Positions 1-11,405 of a DNA stretch of 64,000 nucleotides are shown here, piece after piece. Within the stretch, counting starts at the first letter, position 1, and each line of letters starts with the position of its first letter. Made by a program: the position numbers and the translations under genes. The notes beneath the pieces were generated by a model. It was not told the DNA's origin and searched no databases. It saw nothing but the letters and a program-made list of their open reading frames with translations. Source of the DNA: a virus; IMG/VR virus record IMGVR_UViG_3300000176_000001. One strand, given 5' to 3'.

Positions 1-70
1 AGATACACACCCAGCCGGAATGTCCCGCTACCGCCGAACAACTAGGGACTTCAACCCTCGTATGTATCCA

Positions 71-140
71 TGGTGGACCAGCCGGGTACCGCCCCCGGGT
101 CCAGTATGTCTATTCTGCTTTCGTCATCAACAACAGCATA
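71..140 (-). ncRNA. ssrA: Acceptor piece of a circularly permuted (two-piece) tmRNA; coding piece would lie off the left edge
   Basis: Minus strand ends GACCCGGG-GGCGGTA-CCCGG-CTGGTCC-A-CCA. This gives a T-arm with the alphaproteobacterial GGCRGUA loop, U70 (Ala identity) and encoded CCA. TATAAATA lies immediately upstream; downstream 1-70 folds back (GGATACATAC/GTGTGTATCT) like an intervening segment. 5' end approximate. Confidence 0.8.
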
Positions 141-143
141 TAT

Positions 144-151
144 TATTTATA
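144..151 (-). promoter_or_regulatory. T4-type late promoter TATAAATA
   Basis: Exact match. Other exact copies on minus: 17674-81, 20415-22, 36829-36, 40083-90, 58118-25, 60726-33, 61206-13, 62835-42. On plus: 49218-25, 53836-43, 55746-53. Confidence 0.8.
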
Positions 152-178
152 CCATAGAGTGTGATATTTTGTACACAC

Positions 179-613
179 TTATTTTACAATTTCGAGGTGA
201 TCGTCTACAACTTTAAACTTAACAATATTGTAGTCACCGAAGTCGTCACCACCGTAGCGGAAGTAGTCGCGACCGCCATCTACATATGCTCCATTCTTTC
301 CTGCACGATAGTCGTGCCTATAGCGAGAGTATACCACCTCGCCCTCTGCCTCTAGGCCTGTAAACTCCTCGTCGATGATCGATGGACCTGCATCAGTGAT
401 GTAAGAGGTTCCTTTTTGGTCAAAGTATATTGCGAAGTAGTTAGAACCACCTGGATACGCCTCGTCTTGATAGAATACAGCTGCAGGGAAGTTTGCCCAC
501 CCGCCCCCACGGGCACGAAGGCACGTCTCGAAAACGTACGTAGCCTTGTACTGTTCCTCGATCTTAGCGATGTTCTCTGGCTTGATAAAGCTACACTCGT
601 TTAGTATGTTCAT
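179..613 (-). CDS. Hypothetical phage protein
   Basis: 144 aa; contains YSRYRHDY and VDGGRDY motifs; overlaps upstream gene stop. Confidence 0.7.
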   Translation of the reverse strand: MNILNECSFIKPENIAKIEEQYKATYVFETCLRARGGGWANFPAAVFYQDEAYPGGSNYFAIYFDQKGTSYITDAGPSIIDEEFTGLEAEGEVVYSRYRHDYRAGKNGAYVDGGRDYFRYGGDDFGDYNIVKFKVVDDHLEIVK

Positions 614-1716
614 TTGATCACCTTTAGTAGGATAGTGTTCTCGTTGATACGACCGTTGACGTCATTCTTCATCTCATCGATGAGTCGCTTGACGACGATC
701 TTGCCGCCCTTAAGTACAGTCTCCAGACGCTCTTGAGTCTTACGACCTATTTGAATAGCCTTAGAGCTTGACTCATCAAAATTAGTAATGGTAGTGCCGC
801 GAACACTGAGACCAGCGGGACCCATAGCATTATAAACACTAAGAGTGCTATACCTCGTATTAAATGTCCAGAGTATCTTGGCACCAATGATAGACTCTGG
901 ATTAACAGACGCGATCTTGTGCTCATTGCTGTCTTTCTGATACTTGAAGTTCTTGAGTAGCTTCTCTGTTGTCGGCGCCTTCTTCTTGCGGGGGGCACGT
1001 GTCTTCTTGGTGTTATCGCCGTATCGCTCAGCGTCATCGACGAGTTGTAGGTAGAAAGCCACTCGCGCCTTGAGTTGTGACTTAGACCAGTTCTCATAGC
1101 CCTCGATCCTACCGGCCTGAGCATCGACCATCTCTTTACAGACAGCACCGTAGTAGTCGCCGATCTTCGTGGCGTACATAGCCGGTATCTCATTCTTCTT
1201 GAGCCAGTCATAGAGCGAGAACTCCTCACCCTTATCGATCAACTCCTCGACGTCGCCGATGATGTCTTGAGCACGGTCGCGAATACGATCCTGAATGTTT
1301 GGCTTATCGACCTTCTTAGTCTCCACCTTCTCTTCCTTGACGTGTGAGATAGAGGTCTCGATTAGGCCCATGAACTTATCATACTCGTGCGGCTCGATAG
1401 ACGACTTCTTGCGCTGCGCGATGCGCGCCATCCACGCTGCTGTGGTAGGGAAGAACGAGTCTGGGACCTTATCCAGTTTCTTGGATAGGTCTGTACGGTT
1501 CGTGATTGTTAGGTAGTCCTTGAGATACCCGCGCGCCTCGTCCATCTCACACATGGCGTTATACCAGTTGAAGGCACGGATCTGATCAGCGATTGACTTG
1601 AAGTTGGAGTCTGGCTCATCGCCAAGATACTTGAAATTAACCAGGTACTGCTCGGACTTTGTCTTACGAGCTACCTTCTGCTTGGGCTTACCCTTTAGAT
1701 TTACGCCTCTGGCCAT
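610..1716 (-). CDS. Hypothetical protein of T4-like phages
   Basis: 368 aa Lys-rich ORF with AAGGAG RBS and own early promoter. Confidence 0.75.
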   Translation of the reverse strand: MARGVNLKGKPKQKVARKTKSEQYLVNFKYLGDEPDSNFKSIADQIRAFNWYNAMCEMDEARGYLKDYLTITNRTDLSKKLDKVPDSFFPTTAAWMARIAQRKKSSIEPHEYDKFMGLIETSISHVKEEKVETKKVDKPNIQDRIRDRAQDIIGDVEELIDKGEEFSLYDWLKKNEIPAMYATKIGDYYGAVCKEMVDAQAGRIEGYENWSKSQLKARVAFYLQLVDDAERYGDNTKKTRAPRKKKAPTTEKLLKNFKYQKDSNEHKIASVNPESIIGAKILWTFNTRYSTLSVYNAMGPAGLSVRGTTITNFDESSSKAIQIGRKTQERLETVLKGGKIVVKRLIDEMKNDVNGRINENTILLKVIK

Positions 1717-1742
1717 GTGTGCGTCTCCTTGGTTATATTTTG

Positions 1743-1780
1743 ATATTACACCAAGACAGGACTTTTGTACACAACTATTT
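1743..1780 (-). promoter_or_regulatory. Phage early promoter AAATAGTT-GTGTACA-N17-TAATAT
   Basis: Intergenic GTGTACA (or close variant) recurs at about 170, 1766, 2597, 4511, 6779, 7575, 8229, 9024, 9505, 9851, 11435, 14625, 19624, 28579, 50544, 51627, 63392. Confidence 0.8.
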
Positions 1781-4556
1781 TACAAGGCAGACCCACTCCG
1801 CGTCACCTATCTTGTAACGAGCATGGGTCTGCTTGTCCATGTCCACGCACTTGCCCTGGTCCATTGACAGTATAGGCCTAAACTCTAAGCGTGCACCTAT
1901 ATAGACACCGTCGACGCCGTCTTGTCTCTTGGCGAATTGGCACACCTCGTGCCGTACCCATGTTGTATTATCCCACTGCACCGCGAGGTAGTCACATGTG
2001 ACAGGCATAGTTCCTCCATAGGACTATTTAGCCTACTCCGTTCTCTGCGTACTGCTTGGCCTTGGCGAGTCTCTCCTCATCGTCCGTAATCACAGGCTTT
2101 AGAAGGTTGTCGTAGTAGGCCACGTCCATGACCTCTTCTGCAACATCCTTTACGGTGTAGCTATCGATCTCTGCGGTCAGCTGCGAGACCTTGGCCTCTA
2201 GCTGGTCGATGTAGTAGGCGGCTCGAGCTAGTTCCCGAAGGTCTAGGTCGATGCCGCGGCTCATCTCTAGCATTCGCTCCGCGAGTCTCACATCGGGTCT
2301 CCGTCAACCATCTCGAGGTGGCGACCGTCAAAGACGTAACCCATTGCCCTGAGAAGAGTCTCGAACTGGCGGCACATCGTGTCGATATTGGCGTCCGTTG
2401 CGTCGAAGTCCATCAGCATGTTGGTGTCGGGGAACCGCTCGTCGTGGTGCCCTGTCTGGTTAAAGCTAAAAGTGCAGCCTACCTTATACTCGTCTTCCAT
2501 ATCATAGTCCTCTCTGTTTGTCACTAGCTTACGCTTGTTCATGTCGTACTCACTGTTTGCTGTTTGATATATCTATTATACACAGATCTGTGGTTTTGTA
2601 CACAGCTTATTCATCTTCCAACTCATTTAATAGTTGACGAGCCATTCTCCTCCAGTAGTCATATTGGATAGGAATTTTCTCGAAGCTCATCTCCATCGGC
2701 TCGTTGGCAAAGGACATCATGAAGTCACGATAGTGCTCAGCGCGCTTGATGTCCTTCTCGAGTTTCTTGACACGCTGCTCGGCACGTATCATCCTCTGGT
2801 CAGTGATAGGAAGAGACTCTACCCAGCTCTCTAGGGCATTGACCGCTGGCACGATCTTTTTAAGGTAGTCTAGATAAGCGTCTACAGTCTCTTCAGGAAC
2901 CTTGAACTCCTCAGGGATATCAGTTGCCACAGCCGTAGTCTCCACAGTTGCTCTTGCATCCCTTCATATTAATAGGGCACTTCCACTCGCTCATTACTTA
3001 TCTCCTTTTAAGATAGATGCATACACCAGTACGTTCTCTCTCACCTGCTCGAGGTAGCACTGCTTCCAGGTCTCGGACTCTGTCTTGAGTACATCAGCCT
3101 CTCTGCGTAGGCGACCTACTTCATTGCCTAGAATGGCTAGCTTAGTCTCGGCGCGACCCGAGAGCGTGTGCTCATACATGCGGATAGGGGTGTTCGGATT
3201 GCTCTTAATCCACTCGTTGCACAGCTGATCACACAGATGCTTTACTTCCTCATCCATTACTTAGCCTCCCGCCATGCTAGCACAGTAGCACCCATATGGG
3301 GCATATTGCCGATATAATAGTTTTCGTCGATCCGACCGTCATTGTACATGACATCGATGTATTTGACATCGCGAGGGATTGGGGCGGTGGCACTCCACAG
3401 ACGTTGCTTCTTTGGCTTCTCGTAGTGCATCTTCGCCACTATTTCCTCGAGCCACTTGTACTTGACCTCGAGATCACTCAGGCGCTTCTCTGTATCATTC
3501 ATCTTATAAGAATCCTTTCTCATGTAGTACTTACCTGTCGGGCCATAGATGCTGCCCCTCTCGACTTCCCGACTAAGGACGTAGTCGACGAGACTAAAGT
3601 TGATCGGAGCCAGCTGGTTGATTATGGTATCCCGCGTAAACGGTTTATCTGCCTGAGGGCTAGAGATCCATATTAGTATTCGATTTACGTCGTACTCTGT
3701 GCGGTGCATCACTTGACTCCAAATCGTTCTCGCAACAGATCTGAAGCACGCCAGAGCGCTGCTCCATTATGACCAGCCAGTAAGTCCTCGCTCAGCTTCT
3801 TCTCTGATTTACCGAAAACGTCACCGTTCTCTAAATCACTACCAAATTCGTCTATGAAGTCGACGCACTCCCTAACGATCAGCTCAGCGAACTTCTCAAC
3901 TTCTTCTTGTTCGGCATGACCATTAATGAAGTAGCGTCTAGGTGTTTCATGATCTACATAGTTCAACAACCCAGCATCAAGTGCGAGTTTTATAAAGATA
4001 TTGTTCATCACGCAACCTCCCACTTGTAGTCGTCCTGTGTCATCACCGTCTCCATGCCGTCGTACTCCTCTATGCGGTACAGCGTACCAGAAGGGACTTC
4101 TTCGATCAACAGAGTAGTGAAGTCGGCTGCCTCCTTGCCCATCTCCTCGACTACCTGTACTAGGAAGGGGTCCGTGCGCTTCAGATCATGCTCAGACCAG
4201 AAGTCACCCTCGGGAGTCTCCCAGTGAAGCGACTGTTCTAATCCGGAGAAAGACCTCTGAACCAACCCAAGGCCAGCCAAGTCGCTGTACCGCTGCACTG
4301 CCTTATCGGACAGGCCGAACCATCCGTAGCTGGCGTTGTATACTATCTTAGTCATTAGTTATCCCTCACGAGTCTGTACATGAAAAACAATAGAGCGCTA
4401 GCCCCCAGCACCGCACAGAGTGACTGAATGGCGACGAGTAGGTTGGGTCCGATCTCTAGCATGTTTATCTCCATAGCTTATATTCTGATAGTATTATAGG
4501 GTGGGTATTAAGTACACCCACCCTGCTGCATAGCTGCTATACCGTTTCAGTATAGC

Positions 4557-4997
4557 TTAGAAGTCCCCTGGGGCCACCTGCAACACACGAATACCCTGTG
4601 CACGAATAGCATCCACCACCTGCTGGCGATCATCGAACCAGAGCCATGGCTTCACGTATTTTGCCTTGATAGCGTTCAGCAGCTCTACCTTGACGATGGC
4701 GTCAGAGCGATAGTCTTTCTCTGGCCTCATAAAGATGTCTTTGGCATAGCGAGCCAGATACTGCTCCTCTAACCATCTCTGAGTCACTTCCCGGTACACT
4801 TCCTCACGACCTGTACAGAGAATGATATGATTATTCATTGCTAGAGTTATAAGCAACACAGCAACGTCCTCGATCAGACCATCCTTTGACATGGTGGCGT
4901 TGTAGCTCTTCCAGTCCTTCTTGCCACCCATGAGGTGGTGCTGGCGGTGGCTGTTGTCGGCGATAGTGCCGTCGATGTCAAACACCACGACACTCAC
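4557..4997 (-). CDS. HAD phosphatase, stand-alone PseT-like polynucleotide 3'-phosphatase domain
   Basis: FDIDGTIA (DxDGT), TGR, MRPEKDYRSD..VK, FDDR motifs. Confidence 0.8.
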   Translation of the reverse strand: MSVVVFDIDGTIADNSHRQHHLMGGKKDWKSYNATMSKDGLIEDVAVLLITLAMNNHIILCTGREEVYREVTQRWLEEQYLARYAKDIFMRPEKDYRSDAIVKVELLNAIKAKYVKPWLWFDDRQQVVDAIRAQGIRVLQVAPGDF

Positions 4998-5541
4998 TTG
5001 ACACCTACAAACAAATTCTTGCCCTGCATGCAGATCGTGTGGTCGATATAGACCCCACCCAGAGTCTCACAGGCAAACTTCAGGCTCTTCTCCTGCTCGT
5101 TGGCGTCGTAGATGATGAACCCCAGCAACAAGAAGGGGCCGACCATCACCAACGGCATTAGTATGTAGTCAACTATGGTCTTCTTCACTCTCGATCTCCT
5201 TAATCATCTCGGCGATGTCATCCATCAGGGCGTTCAACACCAGCATGGTCTTGGGAGGAGCTTCCACTGTCTCCGCAGCCGTGTATAGGTCAAGTGCCAG
5301 AGACCACATCTCACGAAGGGTCTCCAGCCGTTGTACTAGCAGCTGCCTCACGCTGCAGCCTTGTATAGGTAAGCGTATGGGCCTTCACCACGAAACTTTC
5401 CAACATAGATTAGGTGGCAAAGGTCGTGCTTCTCACGAAAGAGCTCCCCAAGTTCAAGATCCCCATCGTCTTCAGCGAGCTCCGCATTATGCAGAAGGTT
5501 GTCCATTGCGTCCCTAAGCTGTTGTATCGTAAAGTCTTCCA

Positions 5542-6495
5542 TCACGCGGCCTCTGCGAACTCAATCGCAGTCTCCAAGGCCTTTGTCTTGAGGCCCTTGT
5601 TGTAGCCGTACCAGGCAGAGGACAAGCGGCTGTCGGCGTTGCGGCCCATGAGATGGTCCGTCATGTACGTGACGGCGTTGAATGCCTGCCACCATGAACC
5701 CTCTGCGTAGTTAGCGCCTGGCTGGTCGTGCAAGACGTGCATGGCCAACTCAGCGTTGCGGGACTTCTCTTTCTTAGAGTCAGAGGAGGTCACTGGGAAC
5801 ACCCGTGTGAAGTACTCCACGATCGACTCGTCATTGAACCGCTTGGCACCCAGGTACGCTGCCATCTCCTTGTAGGTGGCAAGCTTGTCAGAGGCGATGC
5901 CCAGCATCTGCTTGACGTTGTCACCATCGAACTTGTTGCGGTGAGAGATCTTGCAGAAGTTGTTGGTGCCCTCACCCAAGGCCACTGCAAGGGTGTTGTT
6001 GCACACCACGCGGGTAGGGGTGAAGCGTACGTCCGTGGAGTAGCCATACTTGTGGAAGTTGCTGAAGAGCAGGTGGCCCTCGACCTTGTCGCCACCAAAG
6101 AGCTCAAAGGAGTCCTTGATCTTGGCCATGCCCCACACGATCTTGCCATCCTGCAAGGAACCTGCAGTGTGCATCTCCATGTCGCCAGCAGCCACGAAGT
6201 CGTTGAAGAACTCAAACGCTTCCTGGTTCTGCACTGGGTTCCAGTCGTCAGAGACCACGTCGATGAGGGCGTCGTCAAAGGACCGGACAAGGGCAGACTT
6301 GCCCACAGCGATCTTCTCGCCTGCAACCTCAGCGAAGGCAGGAACCTTGCGAACAGTCCAGTCAAGGCCTGCAGCTTCCAGCATCTGTGCTGGTGTCAAG
6401 TCTGCAGGGACTGATGTGCCAAGGCCGTGCCATGGGGTCTCGCCAACGTATGCCATCTGGGCCTTGCCGTTGACCATCTCGATATTATGTGCCAT
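5542..6495 (-). CDS. DUF932 family phage/plasmid protein
   Basis: PWHGLG, AGLDWTV, VQN.EAF.F, TAGSL..G, RVVCNNT, W.AFNAVT motifs. Confidence 0.85.
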   Translation of the reverse strand: MAHNIEMVNGKAQMAYVGETPWHGLGTSVPADLTPAQMLEAAGLDWTVRKVPAFAEVAGEKIAVGKSALVRSFDDALIDVVSDDWNPVQNQEAFEFFNDFVAAGDMEMHTAGSLQDGKIVWGMAKIKDSFELFGGDKVEGHLLFSNFHKYGYSTDVRFTPTRVVCNNTLAVALGEGTNNFCKISHRNKFDGDNVKQMLGIASDKLATYKEMAAYLGAKRFNDESIVEYFTRVFPVTSSDSKKEKSRNAELAMHVLHDQPGANYAEGSWWQAFNAVTYMTDHLMGRNADSRLSSAWYGYNKGLKTKALETAIEFAEAA

Positions 6496-8989
6496 TGTAG
6501 TGTCTCCTAATGTGTGTGATTAGATAAAAACGTTTTGGTGTGGATATCCGATTTCGTCGAGAGCGGCGAGAGCGGATTGTTTGGATGGGAATTCAAGAGT
6601 TACAGTTTGGGTAGGTAAGTCGATATTGAGGTTGTCGGATGATACGAGTTTGGCGGAGTAGGCGTTGATGAAGTCAAGGAAGTCGAAGAGGGTGGTGTCG
6701 GTGGGGAGGGTGATTTTGATGAGAGTCATTTTGTATCTCCATTGCTTATAGTACCAATGTATCTCATCAAACCAATTATGTACACCACATTCTCGTCATA
6801 GCAGCCATACCGCTGTGGTATAGATCGGCCGGCCACAGCTCCGCCAATGGAGCAAGCAGTCGGCCCACCTGTCTCAGGCAAAGGTCTCCTCAAGGGAGTA
6901 GCTATCCTGCTCTATGAGGTGGTCGAAGCGGTGTGCCAGCTCATTGGCAAGACCGGTGATCTTGTCAAGGAAGGCGTCTGCCAATCCATAAGCCCCACCG
7001 TCCATGGCGGCAGAGTAGTTGGCTTCCATGTGGTCCAGAGCAGACCGAAGCTGCTCGATGCTCAGATAGTCGTACTTCATCATCATCTCCAAAATGTTTG
7101 TCAGAGGTTATTCAACGATCTCAAAAGCTTCACGGATGATGTCCGCCATATCATTTTCGCCTATGCCGTCTTGCTGAATAAGCCATGATATATTGCTGAC
7201 CATGACATCGTAGCCGACGACCTCGGCTAGCTCGTCAAAGAGCTTAGACTCGGCTTCGTTTAATTCTAAAGAGATTTTAATCTCAACAACTTGGTTTTTC
7301 ATATCCTACATCCTTCATAAGAGTGTTTGCCCGGCGCACCTATAGATAGGGCTCTCTGGTGACACCGGGCGCGCGGTCTTACCGCTTTCCTACATAAGTC
7401 ATCACGTAAGTCTCAGAGCCGTCTGGGTGCTTGTGGCACTTGGTGACAGCCCATCCACGCTTGTGGTAGTCCCGCACCTTGCGGGTGACGTAGGCCTTCT
7501 GGCCAGTAAACACGGTAGTCATATCTCAATCTCCATAATCATTATATTCTTACAGTAAGACATAATGCGGATTATGTAAACACTATTCTTGTCATAGCAG
7601 CTATTCACCCACGGTATAGCTTGTTGGTGTTGAAGACCGTGATCTTGTAGAAGCAGCCACGATCGTCTGCTTCCTGGGCTATGTTCTTGGTGGCACGGTT
7701 GCGAGCCAACATAGCCTCGTCCTCATTGTCAAAGACCCCAATGACGTGCACTGAACAGTAGGTGGGATCCACCACGGATATGACGTATGACTGCATCATG
7801 CTGCTTCCCTTCCGACTGGATGACCTGCGAATGCCTCGAGTATGCCGTAGTACCATGCCTCATCGGAGTCCCTTAAGACTGCCAGTGGAGCCTTGCCTGA
7901 GGCCAGCTCAGAGAGGTAGCTACCGATCGTGTGGTTGCTCGCCAGCTGCTTGAGGAACTTGGCCTTGGTGAACGGCCCGCGGTGCTTAAACCGAGCGATG
8001 AAGCGAAGATCACCTGCCACCTCGTAGTACACGCGGTCACCGACAGTGACGAAGAGCTTCTTGTCAAAGTAGTTCATTGTGCTTCTCCCATGAAGAAGAA
8101 CTCATACACTGCACAGACGGCAATGCCGCCAAGTGCTATCTCTAAGAAGGGGGCGTAGGCAAGGATCACTGTAAGCATGTCAATCTCCATTCAGCTTATA
8201 TTCTTACTGTACGATAAGAATAAGATAATGTACACAAAAAAGTGCGGGTCACACAAACTTTTTTATGCGACCTTCAACATGCTGAGTGGTACGTTAAAGG
8301 TCATGGTGTTCGCAAAGATGGCATAGCCTGGGAGCTCGCACTCCACCACTGCCTTCTTGACCTTCACGGAGATCACGACACCCTTATAGATTTCACCCTT
8401 GCTGGTGAATGACACCTTATCACCCTTCTTGATGCTATACTTGACTTGCTTGGCGAGCTGCTCACGGCGCTCCTTGACAGCCGCCACGACCGCGTTGAGG
8501 TCGTCGATACCGGCTTCAGTGAGGATGTAGGTGAGGGCGAGGATACGATCGTTCATGGTAGTCTCCATTGGTTATATTCTTATACTAAGTGGAAGTCCAG
8601 AATATGTCAACCAGTTTTTTCTAAAAAGATGAACTTTTTTTACTCAACGACGTCAATGGCTTAGATCACTCCTCGTCTTCCGGCTGGTCGACCACGTACT
8701 GCCACACCACGTCCTCGTTGGAGTGCCAGCGGCCGGCTCGGCCCAGCTCAACCTGATAGACGTTGTAGAAGTCGGCCGGAGAGATGTTCCCCTGCGACCG
8801 ATCGTCGTTGGCGGCGCGGTCGGCGTACGACTCGGCGGCAGCCTGAGCATCCTCTAGGGAGGCGTACACCCCCACAAACTCCTCGCCCTCGTATTGGGTG
8901 GACCCAACGCGGTATTGGTGCGCACCGGTAACTACAAAAACATCTACCATGATCAATCTCCGTGTTCAGCTTAGTGTGTGTGTGTTCAA

Positions 8990-9039
8990 CTTATATTCTT
9001 ACAGTACGATAATCTTCTGATTATGTACACAACTATTTT
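8990..9039 (-). promoter_or_regulatory. Repeated early promoter cassette GTGTACA-N17-TACWGT-AAGAATATAAG
   Basis: Near-identical copies at about 7542-7587, 8195-8240, 8990-9039, 9471-9520, 9817-9862. Confidence 0.85.
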
Positions 9040-9531
9040 TAGCCTACGACAACTTTCTTTCGCTGGCTCCAGCTAGAGTTGGCCACGCCCATCCCCTCAG
9101 AGGACAGACGGCTGTTCCAGTACATGCGCATCACGTCGTACGGCTTCCTGCAGTTCCTGTCGATGTCGTTCAGCATCATCTTCAGCTGCACAGGATCCTG
9201 TATCACCTCAGTCAGGTGCTCCTTCAGTACCTGCTTGCCGCGCTCCAGTGGCAGCCTCTCCAGCATCATCAGTTCCTGACTCATTGAACCGCCTCAGCCG
9301 CCAGTTTGATAAGACGCTTAAGCGCACGCTCAGAGGACTCAGAGAAGTCGATGTCCATATCAGACTCCATATAGTCCTGAATACGCAGTGCCCGATCCGT
9401 GTCACAGCCTACAACCTCAGCGATCATCTTAGTGTACATGTTCATGACAGTCTCCATAGTGTAACCACAGCTTATATTCTTACTGTACGATAAGTTGAGA
9501 ATAATGTACACAACTATTTTCGCTGTGACAT

Positions 9532-9559
9532 AAAAAAAATAGGTCCATTGTGGACCTAT
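9532..9559 (-). terminator. Rho-independent terminator
   Basis: TAGGTCCA-CAA-TGGACCTA followed by a T run on minus. Confidence 0.7.
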
Positions 9560-9989
9560 CTTACTCTCCGATCATCTCTTGCATAGACTCGTTTGTCTGT
9601 ATGCAGATGTCCTGAATGAACCGCTCATGAGTCTTGCCCTGACGCTTCAGCTCACGCTCTACGAAGTCTTGGAAGATCTGTGCGATCTCCTCGACCGCAT
9701 AGTCCTCATAGCCCTCGAGGTTGTCCAGCATGCTCAGCGTGTAGTCAGAGATCTTGAAGTACAAGGCTACCGAGAATGTATTGCTCATCGTGTGTCTCCG
9801 TGTGTGTTTGCTTTAGCTTATATTCTTACAGTACGATGATTTGTGGCTTATGTACACAAAAAAGTGCGCCTGACACGAACAAAATTTAGGTCCATTGTGG
9901 ACGCTTTTGCGAAGCCTTACCTCGCGTTTGTTTAATTTAATGCGGTTTAAATTAGGTCCAGAATGGACCAAAGTAGGTCCACTTTGGAC

Positions 9990-10403
9990 CTATTCGTCAT
10001 CGTCCTCGTTGATATACGGTGACTCTGAGTCTACCTGTTCTACAGGTTCTGGATCTGTGTCGATGACGATATTGCCGAAGTGCAGCTTTCCCTTGTCATT
10101 GTATACCTGAAAGCTTTCTGTAAACTCGAAGACTCTGGCCATTGGTGAGTTGAATGAGGTTCCTTTATCCCAACTCATGATGCCTATCGTTCCGCTGTCT
10201 ACGTAATAGACATTCTCGTTGTTGTCGGAGTATGATCCGTCACCGTATTTTGTGTTGAGAATGACGAAGGAGTGGTCTGTTCCCTCGTATGAGCTGTGTA
10301 CTTTACCACTCATTCCCTTAGTGGAGATCATCTGGTCCCACACGTCCTCGTCGCGGTAGCATAGGTCGCCGATCAGGTATCGGCCTGCTGGTAGTGTTAT
10401 CAT
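9990..10403 (-). CDS. Hypothetical phage protein
   Basis: 137 aa; GDLCY, TKYGDGSY and VDSGTIGI motifs. Confidence 0.65.
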   Translation of the reverse strand: MITLPAGRYLIGDLCYRDEDVWDQMISTKGMSGKVHSSYEGTDHSFVILNTKYGDGSYSDNNENVYYVDSGTIGIMSWDKGTSFNSPMARVFEFTESFQVYNDKGKLHFGNIVIDTDPEPVEQVDSESPYINEDDDE

Positions 10404-10422
10404 GTGTGTGCATCCTATATGT

Positions 10423-10446
10423 AAAAAAGGTCCAGAAGTGGACCTA
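10423..10446 (-). terminator. Rho-independent terminator
   Basis: AGGTCCA-CTTC-TGGACCT followed by a T run on minus. Confidence 0.7.
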
Positions 10447-10754
10447 ATGTGACCAGCGCGTCTTGTTTGGATTGACGTACGTCATGTGAGCCGTGTCGTT
10501 CATCGATGCCAGCTTACGGTACGTGTTGATCTCATTGACTAGACTCTCGAATAGTGGCCAGTCATAAGTCTTATAGTTATCGATAGCATTCTTGATCTTA
10601 TCATTAGCCGAGTCCTGTGCGACCTTCAGTATATAGTCGTGCGGTTGCTCAGGTATACAGGCACAAAAATACTCGTAAGCCGCCTTAAACAACAGGTCGG
10701 CTAACTTCACCGAGTCCTTCGGCGCGTCCTTCAACTCTAAGATCTTATGAGTCT

Positions 10755-11405
10755 TCATCGTATGAATATATCCTTCACTGTGTCCACATACTGGTCTTTC
10801 TGCTTCACGAATACCTGTGGTTCCTCATGGTCAACAGCTATAATAATCACAAACTGTGGGACAGGTATACCATACATCTCCTCCACCATCATAGCATACA
10901 CGGTCGACTGAAGAAAGTAGTTGGTGATCCACTCTTCACGTTTTGGCTTAAGAGATGTCTTGAAGTCGATGATCGAGTTGACACCGTCATACTCGGCTAT
11001 AAGGTCAGAGGTTCCTGCTGCCTTAAGCGTCGGTGAGTATAGCATGTGCTCGATACCATATATCTTGCCGATATGCTGGTCAAGAACTGGTCGAATACCA
11101 TTGAATGTCAGTATATTAGACGGCATTGCCCTACGAGCGAAGTCCTCGTAGTTGTTCAGGTAATTCTCACACAACTCGTGAACTGCAGTCCCTCTGTTAG
11201 CTGCCTGAGTCGTGATCTTGCTAGCCTGCTCCTCACCGACACGAGCTCTCCACGCGTCGAGATGCTCCTTGCCCATGTGGTCGCCGATGATGGTGGTGAC
11301 CGACTGATAGGTGCCGGTCGGACACACGTAGTACCGCTTGTCGTGCCGCATCACTCTGGTCACGCCAAGTGCCGGCAACGGGTCGTGCTCGAATACTCTT
11401 CTCAT
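10755..11405 (-). CDS. PD-(D/E)XK exonuclease
   Basis: SVTTI, RGTAVH, AGTSDL, IIDFKTS, Y..Q...Y motifs. Confidence 0.85.
   Translation of the reverse strand: MRRVFEHDPLPALGVTRVMRHDKRYYVCPTGTYQSVTTIIGDHMGKEHLDAWRARVGEEQASKITTQAANRGTAVHELCENYLNNYEDFARRAMPSNILTFNGIRPVLDQHIGKIYGIEHMLYSPTLKAAGTSDLIAEYDGVNSIIDFKTSLKPKREEWITNYFLQSTVYAMMVEEMYGIPVPQFVIIIAVDHEEPQVFVKQKDQYVDTVKDIFIR

Noticed and set aside
5728-6523. Long alternative-frame and antisense ORFs over DUF932, and similar shadow ORFs throughout
   Set aside because: They overlap well-supported genes and have no recognisable motifs.
8974-8985. (GT)n tract
   Set aside because: It corresponds to an ACACAC unstructured leader seen before several early genes and is too short to suggest phase variation.
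10755-11405. Cas4 assignment
   Set aside because: It lacks the four-Cys Fe-S pattern and fits an ordinary phage exonuclease.
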